Source: the human T2T-CHM13v2.0 reference genome, Homo sapiens
Strand: one strand, 5' to 3'
DNA length: 64,000 nucleotides
NCBI RefSeq assembly: GCF_009914755.1
Contig: NC_060938.1
Shown here: positions 14,201 to 26,613 of the stretch, one piece after another
Position numbering within the stretch: position 1 is the first letter of the stretch
Layout of the letters: each line of letters opens with the position of its first letter
Position numbers and translations under genes: made by a program
The notes under the pieces: generated by a model
The model's input: only the letters and a program-made list of their open reading frames with translations
Told to the model about the DNA's origin: nothing
The model's database searches: none

Positions 14201-17200
14201 GGAACGCTATGTGAGGGACAAACACTCAGTATGCAGCAGCAGTGTTCCAGAATCCAATGTAAGGGAGAAACACTCAGAACCAGGCAGCAGGGTTCTGGAA
14301 TCCTATGTGTGGGACAAGCATTCATACCCTCATAGCACTGTTCTGGAATGCTCTGTGAGGGACAAACATTCAGACCCTCGTAGGAGTGTTCTGGAATCCT
14401 ATGTGAAGGACAAATACTCAGAAAACACTAGTAGTGTTCTGGAATACTAAGTGAGGGGCAAAGATTCTGAACCTAGCAGCAGTGTCCTGGAATCGTTTGT
14501 GAGGACCTAACATTCAGAAACTCATAGCAGTGTTCTGGAATCCTAGGTGAGAGACAAACACTCAGAACCCAGCTGTAGTTTTCTGGAATCCTATGTGAGG
14601 GACAAACACTCAGAACCCAGAAGCTGTGTTCTGGAATCCTTTCTGAAGAACAAACATTCAGACCCTCGGAGCCTTTTTCTGGAATCCTATGTGAGGGACA
14701 AACTTTCAGATCCCCGCGGCAATGTTCCGGAATCCTTCGGGAGGGACAATCATTCAGACCCTCCGAGCACTGCTCTGTAATGTTATGTGAGGGTCAAACA
14801 TTCAGACCCTCTTAGCAATGTTCTGGAATCCTAAGTGAGGTACAAAACCTCAGAACCCAGAAGCGGTGTTCTGGAATTCTACGTGAGGGACAAACCCTCA
14901 GAACCTAGCAGCAGTCTTCTGGAGTCTTATGTGAGGGACGAACACAGAGAACCCAGCAGCAGTGTTCTGGATTCCTATGTGAGGGACAAACACTCAGAAC
15001 CCTGCAGCAGTTTTCTGGAATCCAAGGTGAGGGACAATCACTCAGAACCCAGCAGCTATGTTCCGGAAACCTATGTGAGGGACAAACATTCGGACCCTCG
15101 TGTCAGTGTTCTGGAATCCTATGCGACGATCAAACACTCAGAAAACGGTACCAGTGTTCCGGAATCCTTTGTGAGGGACAAACACTCTGAACCCAGCAGC
15201 AGTGTTCTGGTATCGTTTGTGAGGCAGCAACATTCAGACCCCTGTAACACTGTTCTGGAATCCTAGGTGAGAGACAAACACTCAGAACCCTGCAGCAGTG
15301 TTCTGGAATCCTACGTGAGGTGCAAACATTCAGACCCTCATAGCACTGTTCTGGAATGCTATGTGAGGGACAAACATTCAGACCCTAGTAGCAGTGTTCT
15401 AGAATCCTATGTGAGGTACAATCCCTCAGAACCCAGCAGCAGTGTTCTGGAATTCTATGTGAAGGACACACACTCGGAACACAGCAGCAGTGTTCTGGAT
15501 TGTTATGTGAAGGACAAACACTCAGAACCCTGCAGCAGTGCTCTGGAATCCTATGTGAGGGACAAACACTAAAAACCCAGCAGTAGTGTTTTGTATTCTA
15601 AATGATGTACAAACACACAGAACCCATCAGAAGTGTTCTGGAATCTTATGTGAGTGAAAACATTTGGAAACCAGCAGCAGTGTTCTGGAATGCTATGCGA
15701 GGGACAAACATTCAGACCCTTGTAGCACTGTTCTGAAATCCTAGGTGTGGGACAAAAACTCAGAACCCAGCAGTCGTGTTCTGAAATCCTATGTGAGGGA
15801 CAAATACCCAGTACCCAGCAGCAATGTTCAGGAATTCCATGTGAGGAACAAACCCTCAGAACCCAGCAGCAATGTTGTGGAATACTTTGTGGGGAACAAA
15901 CAGTCAGACACTCATAGCACTGTTCTATAATGCTATGTGAGGGAGAAACATTCAGACCCTCGTAGCAGTGTTCCGAAATCCTATGTGAGGGACAAACATT
16001 CAGAAAACAGCAGCAGTTTTCTGTAGTCCTATGTGAGGGACAAACACTCAGAACCCAGTAGCAGTGTTCGGGAATTCTATGTGAGGGACAAACCGTCAGA
16101 ACCCAGCAGCAGTGTTCTGGAATCCTTTTTGAGGGACAAACTTTCAGACACTCAGAGCAGTGTTTTGGAATCCTATGTGAGGGACAAACACTCAGAACCC
16201 TGCAGCAGGGTTCTGGAGTCCTATGTGTGGGACAAGCATTCAGACCCTCATAGCACTGTTCTGGAATGCTCTGTGAGGGACAAACATTCAGACCCTTGTA
16301 GCAGTGTTCTGGAATCCTGTGTGAGGTACAAACCCTCAGAACTCAGAAGCAGTGTTCTGGAATTCTATGTGAAGGAAAAACCCTCAGAACCTTGCAGCAG
16401 TGTTCTGGAATCGTATGTGAGTTACTAACATTCAAAACCCAGCAGAAGTGTTCTGGATTGCTATGTGAGGGACAAACACACAAAAGCCAGCAGCACTGTT
16501 CTGGTATCCTATATAAGGGACAAACACTCAGAATCCAGTAGAAGTGTTCTGGTATTCTATATAAGGGACAAACACTCTCAGAATCCAGCAGAAGTGTTCT
16601 GGATTCCCATGTGAGGGACAAACATTCAAAAATCAGCAGCAGTGTTCTGAAATCTTAAGTGAGGGACAAACGTTCAGACTCTCGGAGCAGTGTTCTATAA
16701 TCCTATGTGAAGGACAAACACTCAGAACCCAGTAGCAGTGTTCTGGAACCCTATGTGAGGGACAAACACTCAGAACCCAGTAGCAGTGTTCTGGAATACT
16801 TTGTGAAGGACAAACACTCAGAACTCAAAAGCAGTGTTCTGGTATCGCTTTGAGGGACAAACATTCAGACACTCGTAGCAGTGCTCTGGGATTATATGTG
16901 AGGGACAAACATTCAGAACCCAGCAGCAGTGTTCTGGTATCCTTGGTGAGGAGCAAACTTTCAGAACCTCCGAGCAGTATTCTGGAATCCCGGGTTTGGA
17001 ACAAGCACTCAGAACCCAGCAGCAGTGTTCGGGAATTCTATGTGAGGGACAAACCGTCAGAACCCAGCAGCAGTGTTCTGGAATCCTTTTTGAGGGACAA
17101 ACTTTCAGACACTCAGAGCAGTGTTTTGGAATCCTATGTGAGGGACAAACACTCAGAGCCCTGCAGCAGGGTTCTGGAATCCTATGTGTGGGACAAGCAT

Positions 17201-17750
17201 TCAGACCCTCATAACACTGTTCTGGAATGCTCTGTGAGGGACAAACATTCAGACCCTTGTAGCAGTGTTCTGGAATCCTGTGTGAGGTACAAACCCTCAG
17301 AACTCAGAAACAGTGTTCTGCAATTCTATGTGAAGGACAAACCCTCAGAACCTTGCAGCAGTGTTCTGGAATCGTACGTGAGGTACTAACATTCAGAACC
17401 CAGCAGCAGTGTTCTGGAATGCTATGTGAGGGACAAACAAAACCCAGCAGCAGTGTTCTGGTATTCTATATAAGGGACAAACACTCAGAATCCAGTAGAA
17501 GTGTTCTGGTATCCTATATAAGGGACAAACACTCAGAATCCAGCAGAAGTGTTCTGGATTCCTATGTGAGGGAGAAACATTCAAAAATCAGCAGCAGTGT
17601 TCTGAAATCTTAAGTGAGGGACAAACATTCAGACCGTCGGAGCAGTGTTCTATAATCCTATGTGAAGGACAAACATTCAGAACCCAGTAGCAGTGTTCTG
17701 GAAACCTATGTGAGGGGCAAACATTCAGAACCCAGCAGCAGTGTTCTGGA
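11280..17750. repeat. Higher-order duplication domain 2: ~11280-13250 matches ~14920-16800 (offset ~3.5-3.64 kb), and ~16050-16790 matches ~17010-17750 (offset ~960 bp)
   Basis: Ordered private variants recur, e.g. GATCAAACACTCAGAAAAC, GGTATCGTTTGTGAGG, GACACTCAGAGCAGTGTTTTGG, GGTATCCTATATAAGGGAC. ORFs 16033..16428 and 16850..17389 share a near-identical translated block. Confidence 0.85.
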
Positions 17751-20700
17751 ATGCTATGTGAGAGACAAGCATTCAGACCCTCATAGCAGTGTTCTGGAAT
17801 CTTATGTGAGGGACAATCATTCAGACCGTCGTGGCACTGTTCTGGAATCCTATGTCATGGAAAAACACTCAGAACCCTGCAGCAGTGTTCTGAAATACGA
17901 TGTGGTGGACAAACAAAGAACACAGCAGCAGTGTTCGGGAATCCTTTGTGAGGGAAAAACATTCAGAACCTCGTAGCAGTGTTCTGTAATCCTATGTGAG
18001 GAACAAACCCTCAGAACCCAGCAGCAGTGTTCTCGAATCCAATTGGTGGGACAGACACTCAGAACCCAACAGGATTGATCTGTAATTCTTTGTGAGGGAC
18101 AAACATTCAGACACTCGTAGCAGTGTTCTGGAATCCTATGTTAGGGACAATCACTCAGAAACCTGCAGCAATGTTCTGCAATCCTATGGGAGGGACAAAC
18201 ACTCAGAACCCAGCCACTGTGTACTGGAATTCTAACAGAGGGAAAAACATTCAGACCCTCCTAAAGTGTTCTGTAATCCAATGTGAGGAACAAACCCTGA
18301 GAACCCAGCAGCAGTGTTCTCAAATCCAATTTGTGGGACAAACACTCAGGACCCATCAGGAGTGGTCTGGAATTCTTTGTGAAGGACAAAGATTCAGACC
18401 CTCTTAGCAGTGTTCTTGAATCCTATGTTAGGGAGAATCACTCAGAACCCTGCATCAGTGTTCTGGAATCCTATGGGATTGACAAACCCTCAGAACCCAG
18501 CAGCAATGTTCTGGAATCCTATGGGAGGGACAAACACTCAGAAACCGGCAGCAGTGTTCTGGAATCCTTTGTGAGGGACAAATATTCAGACCCTCGTAGC
18601 AATGTTATGGAATCCCATGTGCTATATACACCTTCAGACCCCCGTAGCAGTGTTCTCGAATGCTATGTGAGGGACAAATAATCAGAACCCAGCAGCCATG
18701 TTCTGTAATACTATGTGAGGGACAAACACTGAGAACCCTGCAGCAGTGTTTGTGAGGGACTTACATTCAGGCCTTCTTATCAGTGTTATGGAATCCTATG
18801 TGAGGGACCAACCCTCAGAACCCAGCAGCAGTGTGCTGGTTTCCTTCCTGAGGCACAAACATTCAGAGCCTCGTAACAGTGTTCTCGAATCCTATATGAG
18901 GGACAAACACCCCGAACCCAGCAGCAGTGTTTTGGAATCCTTTGTGAGAGAAAAACATTCAGACCCTCAAAGCAGTGTTCTGGAATCCTATGTGACAGAG
19001 AAACACCCAAAACCCAGCAGCTGTGTTCTGGTATCCTACATGAGGGGCAAGCATTCAGACCATCATAGCAGTGTTCTGGAATCATATGTGAGAGACAAAC
19101 ATTCAGACCCTCATAGCTGTGTTCTGCAATCCTGTGAGAGGGAAAAACATTCAGAACCCAGCAGCAGTGTTCTGGAATCCTATGTGAAGGACAAACACTC
19201 AGAACCCAGCAACAGTATTCTGGAATCCCACGTGAGGGACTAGCATTCAGACCATCGTAGCAATGTTCTGGAATGCTATGTTACGGAGAATCCTTAAGAC
19301 CGTCGTACCAGTGTTCTGGAATCCTATGAGAGGGACAAACAATCAGAACCCAGTAGCAGTATTCTGGAATCCTTTGTGAGGGACAAACACCAGGAACCCA
19401 GCAGCAGTGTTCTGGAATCCTATGTGTGGGACAAACTCTCAGATCCCAGAAGCAGTGTTCCGGATTGCTATGTAAGGGACAAACACTGAGAACACGGCAG
19501 CAGTGTTCTGGAATCCTTTGTGAGGGACAAAGATTCAGACCCTCGTAGCAGTGTTCTGGATAAGATGTGAGGCTCAATCAGAACCCAGCAGAATTGTCCT
19601 AGAATCCTATGTGAGTGACAGAGACTCAGAACCCAGCAGCAGTGTTCTGGAATCCTTTGTGAGGGACAAACATTCAGAACCTTGGAGAAGTTTTCTGGAA
19701 TACTATGTGAGGGTAAAACACCAAGAACCCAGGAGCAGTTTCTTGAAAACGTTGTGAGGGAAAAGCTTTCAGACATTTGTACCAGTGTTCTGGAATCCGA
19801 TGTGAGGGACAAATATTCAGAACCTCGTAGCAGTGTTCTGTAATCCTAAGTGAGGGACAATTACTAAGAACCCAGCAGCAGTGTTCTGGAATCCTTTGTG
19901 AGGGACATAGATTCAGACCCTCTTAGCAGTATTCTCTAATCCTATGTGAGTGACAAACATTCAGACACTCGTAGCAGTGTTCTGGAAACCTATGTGTAGG
20001 ACAAACACTCAGAACCCAGCAGCAGTGTTCTGGAATCCTATTTGATTGGCAAAGACACAGAACCCATCAGCAGTGTTCTGGAAAACCAGCAACAGAGTTC
20101 TGGAATCCTATGTGAGGGAGAAATCCTCAGAACCCACCAGTGTGTTTTGAAATCCATTGTGAAGGACACACATTCATACCCTCCTAGAAGTGTTCTGGAA
20201 TCCTATGTGAGTGACAAACTTTGAGACCCTCGTAGAAGTATTCAGGAATCATATGTGAGTGGCAAACACTAAGAACCGAGCAGAAGTGTTCTGGAATCAT
20301 ATTTGATTGACAAACACACAGAACCCCGCAGCAGTGTTCTGGAATCCTTTGTGAAGGAAAAACCTTCAGAAACTTGTAGCAGTGTTCTGGAATCCTATGT
20401 GAGGGAGAAACACTGAGAACCCAACAGCAGTGTTCTGGAATCCTATGAGAGGGTCAAACACTCAGAACCCAGCAGCAGTGTTCTGGTATCCTATGTTATG
20501 GACAAACACTCAGAACCCAGCAGCAGTGTTCTGGATTCCTTTTTGAGGGAAAATCATTCAGACCCTCGTAGCCATGTTCTGTAATCCTATGTGAGGGACA
20601 AAGTCTCAGAACCCAGCAACGATATTACAGAATCCTTTGTGAGGGACTATATTCAGACCCAGGTAGCAGTGTTCTGGAATTCAATATGAGAAACAAACAC

Positions 20701-21632
20701 TCCGAACCCGGAAGCAGTGTTCTGGAATCTTTTGTGAGGGACAAATATTCAGGCCCTCATAGCAGTGTCCTTTAATCTTAAGTGAGGGGCAAGCACTCAG
20801 AACTCTGTTGCAGTGTTCTGGAGTCCTATGTGAGGGACAAGCATTCAGACACTTGTAACAGTGTTCCATAATCCTAAGTGTGGGACACACATTCACACCC
20901 TCGTAGCAGTGTCCTGAGTCCTATGTGAGAGACAAACACTGAGAACCCAGCAGCAGTGTTCTGGAATCCTTTGTGAGGGACAAACACTGAGAACTCAGCA
21001 GCAGTGTTCTGGAATCCCTTGTGAGGGAGAAACATTCAGACCCCCGTAGCAGTGTTCTGGAATCCTATGTGAAGGACAAACACTCAGATCCCAGCAGCAG
21101 TGTTTGGGAATCCTTTGTGAAGGTCAAACGTTCAGACCCTCTCAGGAGGGTTCTGGAATTCTATGTGAGGGACAAACACTCCGAAACCAGCAGCAGTGTT
21201 CTAGAGTGTTTCATGAGGGACAAACACTCAGGCCCTCAGAGCAATATTCTTTAAACCTAAGTGAGGGACAAACACTCAAAACCCTGTAACACTGTTCTGG
21301 AATCCTTTGTGTGGACAAACACACAGAACCCAGCAGCAGTGTTCTGGAGTCCTTTGTGAGGGAAAAACATTCAGACCCTCCGAGCGGTGTTGTGGATTCC
21401 TATGCTTGGAGCAAACACTCAGAACATGGCAGCAGTGCTCTATAATCCTTTGTGAAGGACAAACATTCAGACCCTTCAAGCAGTGTTCTGGAATCCTATG
21501 TGAGTGACAAACCCTTAAAACCCAGCAGCAGTGTTCTAGAATATTATGTGAGGGACAAACCCTCAGAACTTGGCAACAGTATTCTGGAATCCTATGTGAG
21601 GGTAAAACACTCAGAACCCAACTGCAAGGTTC

Positions 21633-22015
21633 TTGAATCCTATGTGAGGGATAAACACTCAGAACCCAGCAGCATTGTTCTGGAATCTTTTCTGTGGGAC
21701 AAACTTTCGTACAGTTGTAGCAGTGTTCTGGAGTCCAATCTGAGGACAAACACTCAGAAAACAGCAGCAGTGTTCTGGAATCCTTTGTGAGGGACAAACA
21801 TTCAGACCCTCAGAGCAGTGTTGTTGAATCCTATGTTAGGGATAAACACTCAGAACCCAGCAGCATTGTTCTGGAATCTTTTCTGTGGGACAAACTTTCG
21901 TACAGTTGTAGCAGTGTTCTGGAGTCCAATCTGAGGACAAACACTCAGAAAACAGCAGCAGTGTTCTGGAATCCTTTGTGAGGGACAAACATTCAGACCC
22001 TCAGAGCAGTGTTGT
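21633..22015. repeat. Near-perfect 191-bp tandem duplication (4 monomers minus 1 bp)
   Basis: ATAAACACTC at 21651 and 21842; rare variant CTTTCGTACAGTTGTAGCAGTGTTCTGGAGTCCAATCTGAGGAC occurs twice. Confidence 0.92.
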
Positions 22016-23410
22016 GGAATCCTATGTGAGGGGCAAACACACAGAACGTGGAAGCAGTGTCCTGGTATTCTCTCTGTGGGACAAACACTCAGAACCTAGC
22101 CATGGTGTTCCGGAATTCTATATGAGGGACAAACCCTCAAAAACGAGAATCATTGTTGTGGAATCCTTTGTGTGGGACAAACATTCAGACACTCATAGCA
22201 GTGTTCTGGAATCCTAGGTGAGGGACAAGCACTCAGAATCCAGCAGCAGTGTTCTAGAATTCTACGTGAGGGACAAACCCACAGAATATATCAGCAGTAT
22301 TCAGGAATCCTATGTGAGAGGCAAACACTCAGAACCCCGCAGCACTCTTCTGGAATCCTTTGTGAGGGACAAACTTTCATACCCTCTTAACAGTGTACTG
22401 GAATCTTATGTGAGGACAAGCACTCAGAACACAGCAACAGTGTACTGGAATCCTATGTGAGGGACAAACAGTGAGCAACGAGTAGCAGTGTTCTGGAATT
22501 CTAAGGGAGGGACAAACCCTCAGAACCCAGTAGCAGTGCTGTGGAATCTTACGTGAGGAAAAAACACTCCAAATCCAGCAGCAGTGTTCCGGAATTCTAT
22601 GTACAGGACAGACACTCTGAAACCAGCAGCAGTGTTCTTTAATATTTTCCAAGTTACAAACATGCAGACCCTCGTTGCAGTGTACTGGAATCCTATGTGA
22701 GGGAAAAGCATTCAGACCCTCGTAGCAGTGTTCTGGAATCCTATGTGAGGGACAAACACTCAGAACCCAGAAGCAGTATTCTGGAATAATTTAGCAGGGA
22801 CAAACATTCAGACCCTCATAGCAGTGTTCTGGAATCCTATGTGAGAAACAAACGTTCAGACCCTTGTAGCAGTGTTCTCGAAACCGGTGTGTGTTTCAAA
22901 CCCTCAGAACCCAGCAGCAGTGTTCTGGAATCCTAAGTGAGGACAAACACTCAGAACCCAGCAGCATTCTTCTGGAATCCTATGTGAGGGATAAACACTC
23001 AGAACCCAGCAACAGTGTTCTAGAATCCTACGTGAGGGACAAACCCTCAGAACCCAACAGCAGTGTTCTGGAATCTTTTGTGAGGGACAAACATTCAGAC
23101 CATCGTATCAGTGGTCTGGAATCCTATTTGAGGGACAAACCCTAATAACCCAGACGCAATGTTGTGGAATTCTATGTGAGGGACAAAACATCAGAACCTA
23201 GCAGTAGTGTTTTGGAATCCTATGTAAGGGAGAAACACTCCGAACCCATCAGCAGTCTTCTGGAATCCTGTTTGTGGGACAAACATTCAGACCATCGTAG
23301 CACTGTTCTGGAAGTCTACGTGAGGGACAAACACTCAGAACACAGCAGCAGTGTTCTGGAATCCCATGTGAGGGACAAACACTCAGAACCCAGCAGCAGC
23401 GTTCTAGATT

Positions 23411-23626
23411 CCTATGTGAGGGACAAACCCTCAGAACCCAGCAGCAGTGTTATGGAATCCTTTGTGAAGGCAGACATTCAGACCATCATAGCAGTGGTCT
23501 GGAATCCTATGTGAGGGACAAACCCTCAGATCCCAGCAGCAGTGTTATGGAATCCTTTGTGAAGGCAGACATTCAGACCATCATAGCAGTGGTCTGGAAT
23601 CTTATGTGAGGGACAAACCCTCAGAA
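23411..23626. repeat. 96-bp tandem duplication next to the inversion breakpoint
   Basis: GTTATGGAATCCTTTGTGAAGGCAGACATTCAGACCATCATAGCAGTGGTCTGGAATC occurs twice, 96 bp apart. Confidence 0.92.
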
Positions 23627-23650
23627 ACCAGCAGCAGTGTTCTGGAATTC

Positions 23651-23670
23651 TATGTGTCTCTAACATTCTG
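23651..23670. other. Inversion breakpoint (strand switch) inside the satellite array
   Basis: Junction reads ...GTTCTGGAATTCTATGTG|TCTCTAACA|TTCTGAGGGTTTGTCCCTCACATAGG...; monomers on each side are in opposite orientation. Confidence 0.95.
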
Positions 23671-23931
23671 AGGGTTTGTCCCTCACATAGGATTCCTTAA
23701 CACTGCTGCTGGGTTCTGAGTGTTTGTCCCTCACATAGGATTCCAGAACTCTGCTGCTTAGTTCAGAGTGTTTGTCCATCACTTAGGATTCCAGAACAAT
23801 TCTGCTGGGTTGTGAGTTTTTGTCCAACTCATAAGATTCCAGATCACTGTTGCTGGATTCTGAGTGTTTGGCCCTCACATGGGATTATAGAACACTGCTA
23901 CCAGGGTCTGCATGTCTCACCCTCACAAAGT

Positions 23932-24330
23932 ATTCCACAACAGTGCTATCAGGATCTGAATGCTTGTTCCCCACATAGGATTCCAGAACACTGCTGCAGT
24001 TTTCTGAGTGTTTGTCCCTAACATAGGATTCCAAAACACTATTCTGAGTGCCTGAACGTTTGTCCCTCACATGGGATTCCAGAACTCTGCTGCTGGGTTC
24101 TGAGTGTTTGTCCCACACAAAGGATTGCAGAACAATGTTGCTGGGTTCTTAGTGTTTGTCCCTCACAAAGGATTACAGAACACTGTTGCTGGGTTCTGAG
24201 TGTTTGACCCTCACATAGGATTCCAGAACATAGCTGCTGGTTCAAAGTGTTTGACCCTCACATACGATTCCAGAACACGGCTACAAGGTTCTAAATGTTT
24301 GTCCCTCACGAAGGATTCCAGGACACTGCT
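23932..24330. repeat. ~400-bp near-identical dispersed block, copy 1 (copy 2 at ~26614-27012, offset 2682)
   Basis: ATTCCACAACAGTGCTATCAGGATCTG at 23932 and 26614; ORFs 24039..24245 and 26721..26927 have identical translations. Confidence 0.9.
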
Positions 24331-26613
24331 GTTGGTTTCTAAGTGTTTTTCCGTCAAACAGTATTCCAGAACACTGCTGCTGGGTTCTGAGTGTGTGTCC
24401 CTCTCACTGAGTTCCAGAACTATGCTGCTAGGTTCTGAGGGTTTGCCCTTCACATTGAATTCCAAAACACTCCTGCTGGGTTCTGAGCGTTTGTCCCTCA
24501 CATAGTATTCCGGAACACTGCTACTAGGGTCTGAGTGTTTCTCCCTCACAAAGGATTCTGGAACACTGTTAAGAGAGTCTGACTGATGGTCCCTGACTAA
24601 GTATTCCAGAATACTGCTTCTGGGTGCTGATTGTTTGTCCCTCTCATAGAATTCCAGAACACTGCTAGGAGTGTCTGTATTTTTCTCCAACGCATAGGAT
24701 TTCAGAACATTGCTATGAGGGTCTGAATGCTAGTCCCTCACATGGGATTCCAGAACACTGCGGCTGGGTTCTGAGTATTTGTTCCTCACAAAGGATTCCA
24801 GAACACTGCTGGTAGGTTCTGAGTGTTTGTCCCTCACATAGGATTCCAGAACTCTGCTGTGAGGGTCGGAATGTTTCACTCTCAGATAGGAATCCAGAAG
24901 ACTGCTGCTGGGTTCTGACCGGTCGTCCCTCACATAGGATCCCAGAACACTGCTTCGAGTGTCTGAGAGTTTGTACCTCACATAGGATTCCAGAACAGGG
25001 CTGCTAGGATCTCAGTGTTTGTCTCTCACATGGGATTCCAGAACACTGCTGCTGGGTTCTGAGTGTTTCTCCCTCACATAGGATTGCAGAAAACTGAGAC
25101 GAGGGTCTCAATTATTTTCCTTCACAAAGGATTCCAGGACACTGCTGCTGGGCTCTGTTTGTCCCTCAAAAAGGATTCCAGAGCACCGCTGCTTGTTTCT
25201 GAGTGTTTGTCTCTCACATAGGATTCTAGAACACTTCTAAGAGTGTCTGAATGTTTGTCCCTCAGATAGGATTCCAGAACACAGTGGCTGGGTTCTGAGT
25301 GTTTGTCCCTCACACAGGATTGCAGAACACTGCTACGAGTTTCTGAATGTTTGTCCCTCACATAGGATTCTAGAACACTGCTGCTGGGTTCTGAGTGTTT
25401 GTTCCTCACATAGAATTCCAGCACACTGCTGCTGGATTCTCAGTGTTTGTCCCTCACATGGGATTCCAGAACATTGCAACGAAGTTCTGTATCTTTGTCG
25501 CTCAAACAGGATTCCAAAACATTGCTGCTGGGTTCTGTGTGTTTCTCCCTCACTTGCGATTCCAGAGCACTTCTACGAGATTCTGAATGTTTGTCCCTCA
25601 CAAGGGATGCTAGAACATTGCTGCTGGTTTCTGAGTGTTTTTCCCTCACATAGGATTCTAGAAGGCTGTTGCTGGCTTCTGAGTGTTTGTCACTCACATA
25701 GAATGGCAGAACATTGCTACAAAATTCTGAATGTTTGTCACTCACATAGGATTCTAGAACACTGCTGCTGGGTTCAGAGTGTTTGTCCCTCACATAGGAT
25801 TGCAGAACACTGCTGCTGGTTTCTGAGTGTTTGTCCCTCACATAGGATTCCAGAAAACTGCTGCTGGTTTCTGAATGTTTGTCCCTGACATAGGATTCCA
25901 GAACAATACTGCTGGGTTCTGAGTGTATGTCCCTCACAGAGGATTCCAGAACACTACTGCTGGATTCTGAGGGTTTGTCCCTCACAAAGGATTCCAAAAC
26001 ACTACTGCTGGGTTCTGAGTGTATGTCCCTCACAGAGGATTCCAGTACACTATTGCTGGATTCTGAAGGTTTGTCCGTCACATAGGATTCCAGAACACTG
26101 CTACTAGGGTCTGAATGTTTTCCATCACAAAGGATTCCAGACAACTGCTGCTGTGTTCTGAGGGTTTCTACAACAGATTGCATTCCAGAACACTGCTAGG
26201 AGGGTCTGAATGTTTGTCCCTCACATAGGATTCCAGAATACTGCACCTGGATTCTGAGTTTTTGTCCTTCACATAATATTCCAGAACACTTCTGGGAGCT
26301 TCTGAATGTTTGTGCCTGACATAGGATTTCAGAACACTTCTGTTGGGTTCTGAGTGTTTTTACCTCATATAGGATACCAGAATACTACTGCTCTGTTTTG
26401 TGTGTTTGTCTCTTACATAGCATTCCAGAACACTGCTGCAGGGTTCTGAGTGTTATTACCTTACGTATGATTCCAGAACACTGCTGTTAGGTTCTGAGGG
26501 TTTGTCCCTCACATAGAATTCCAGAAAGCTGCTGCTGAGTTCTGAGGGTTTGTACCTCACACAGGATTCCAGAACACTGCTACGAGGGTCTGATTGTTTG
26601 TCCCTCACAGAGC

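Larger units (their letters stand above)
1..23656 (-). repeat. CER-type 48-bp satellite array, left arm (about 490 monomers; top strand reads GAGGGACAAACACTCAGAACCCAGCAGCAGTGTTCTGGAATCCTATGT)
   Basis: Continuous ~48-bp periodicity from base 1 to ...GGAATTCTATGTG at 23656. Two monomer types: A (CACTCAGAACCCAGCAG) and B (CATTCAGACCCTCGTAG). Matches the reverse complement of the CER consensus as I recall it (TTCCAGAACACTGCT...GTTTGTCCCTCACATAGGA); strand is given relative to that consensus. Family name is from recall, not a search. Confidence 0.93.

Noticed and set aside
1-23656. CAG trinucleotide / polyQ repeat
   Set aside because: Only about three CAG units per monomer, as part of the satellite consensus; no expanded tract.
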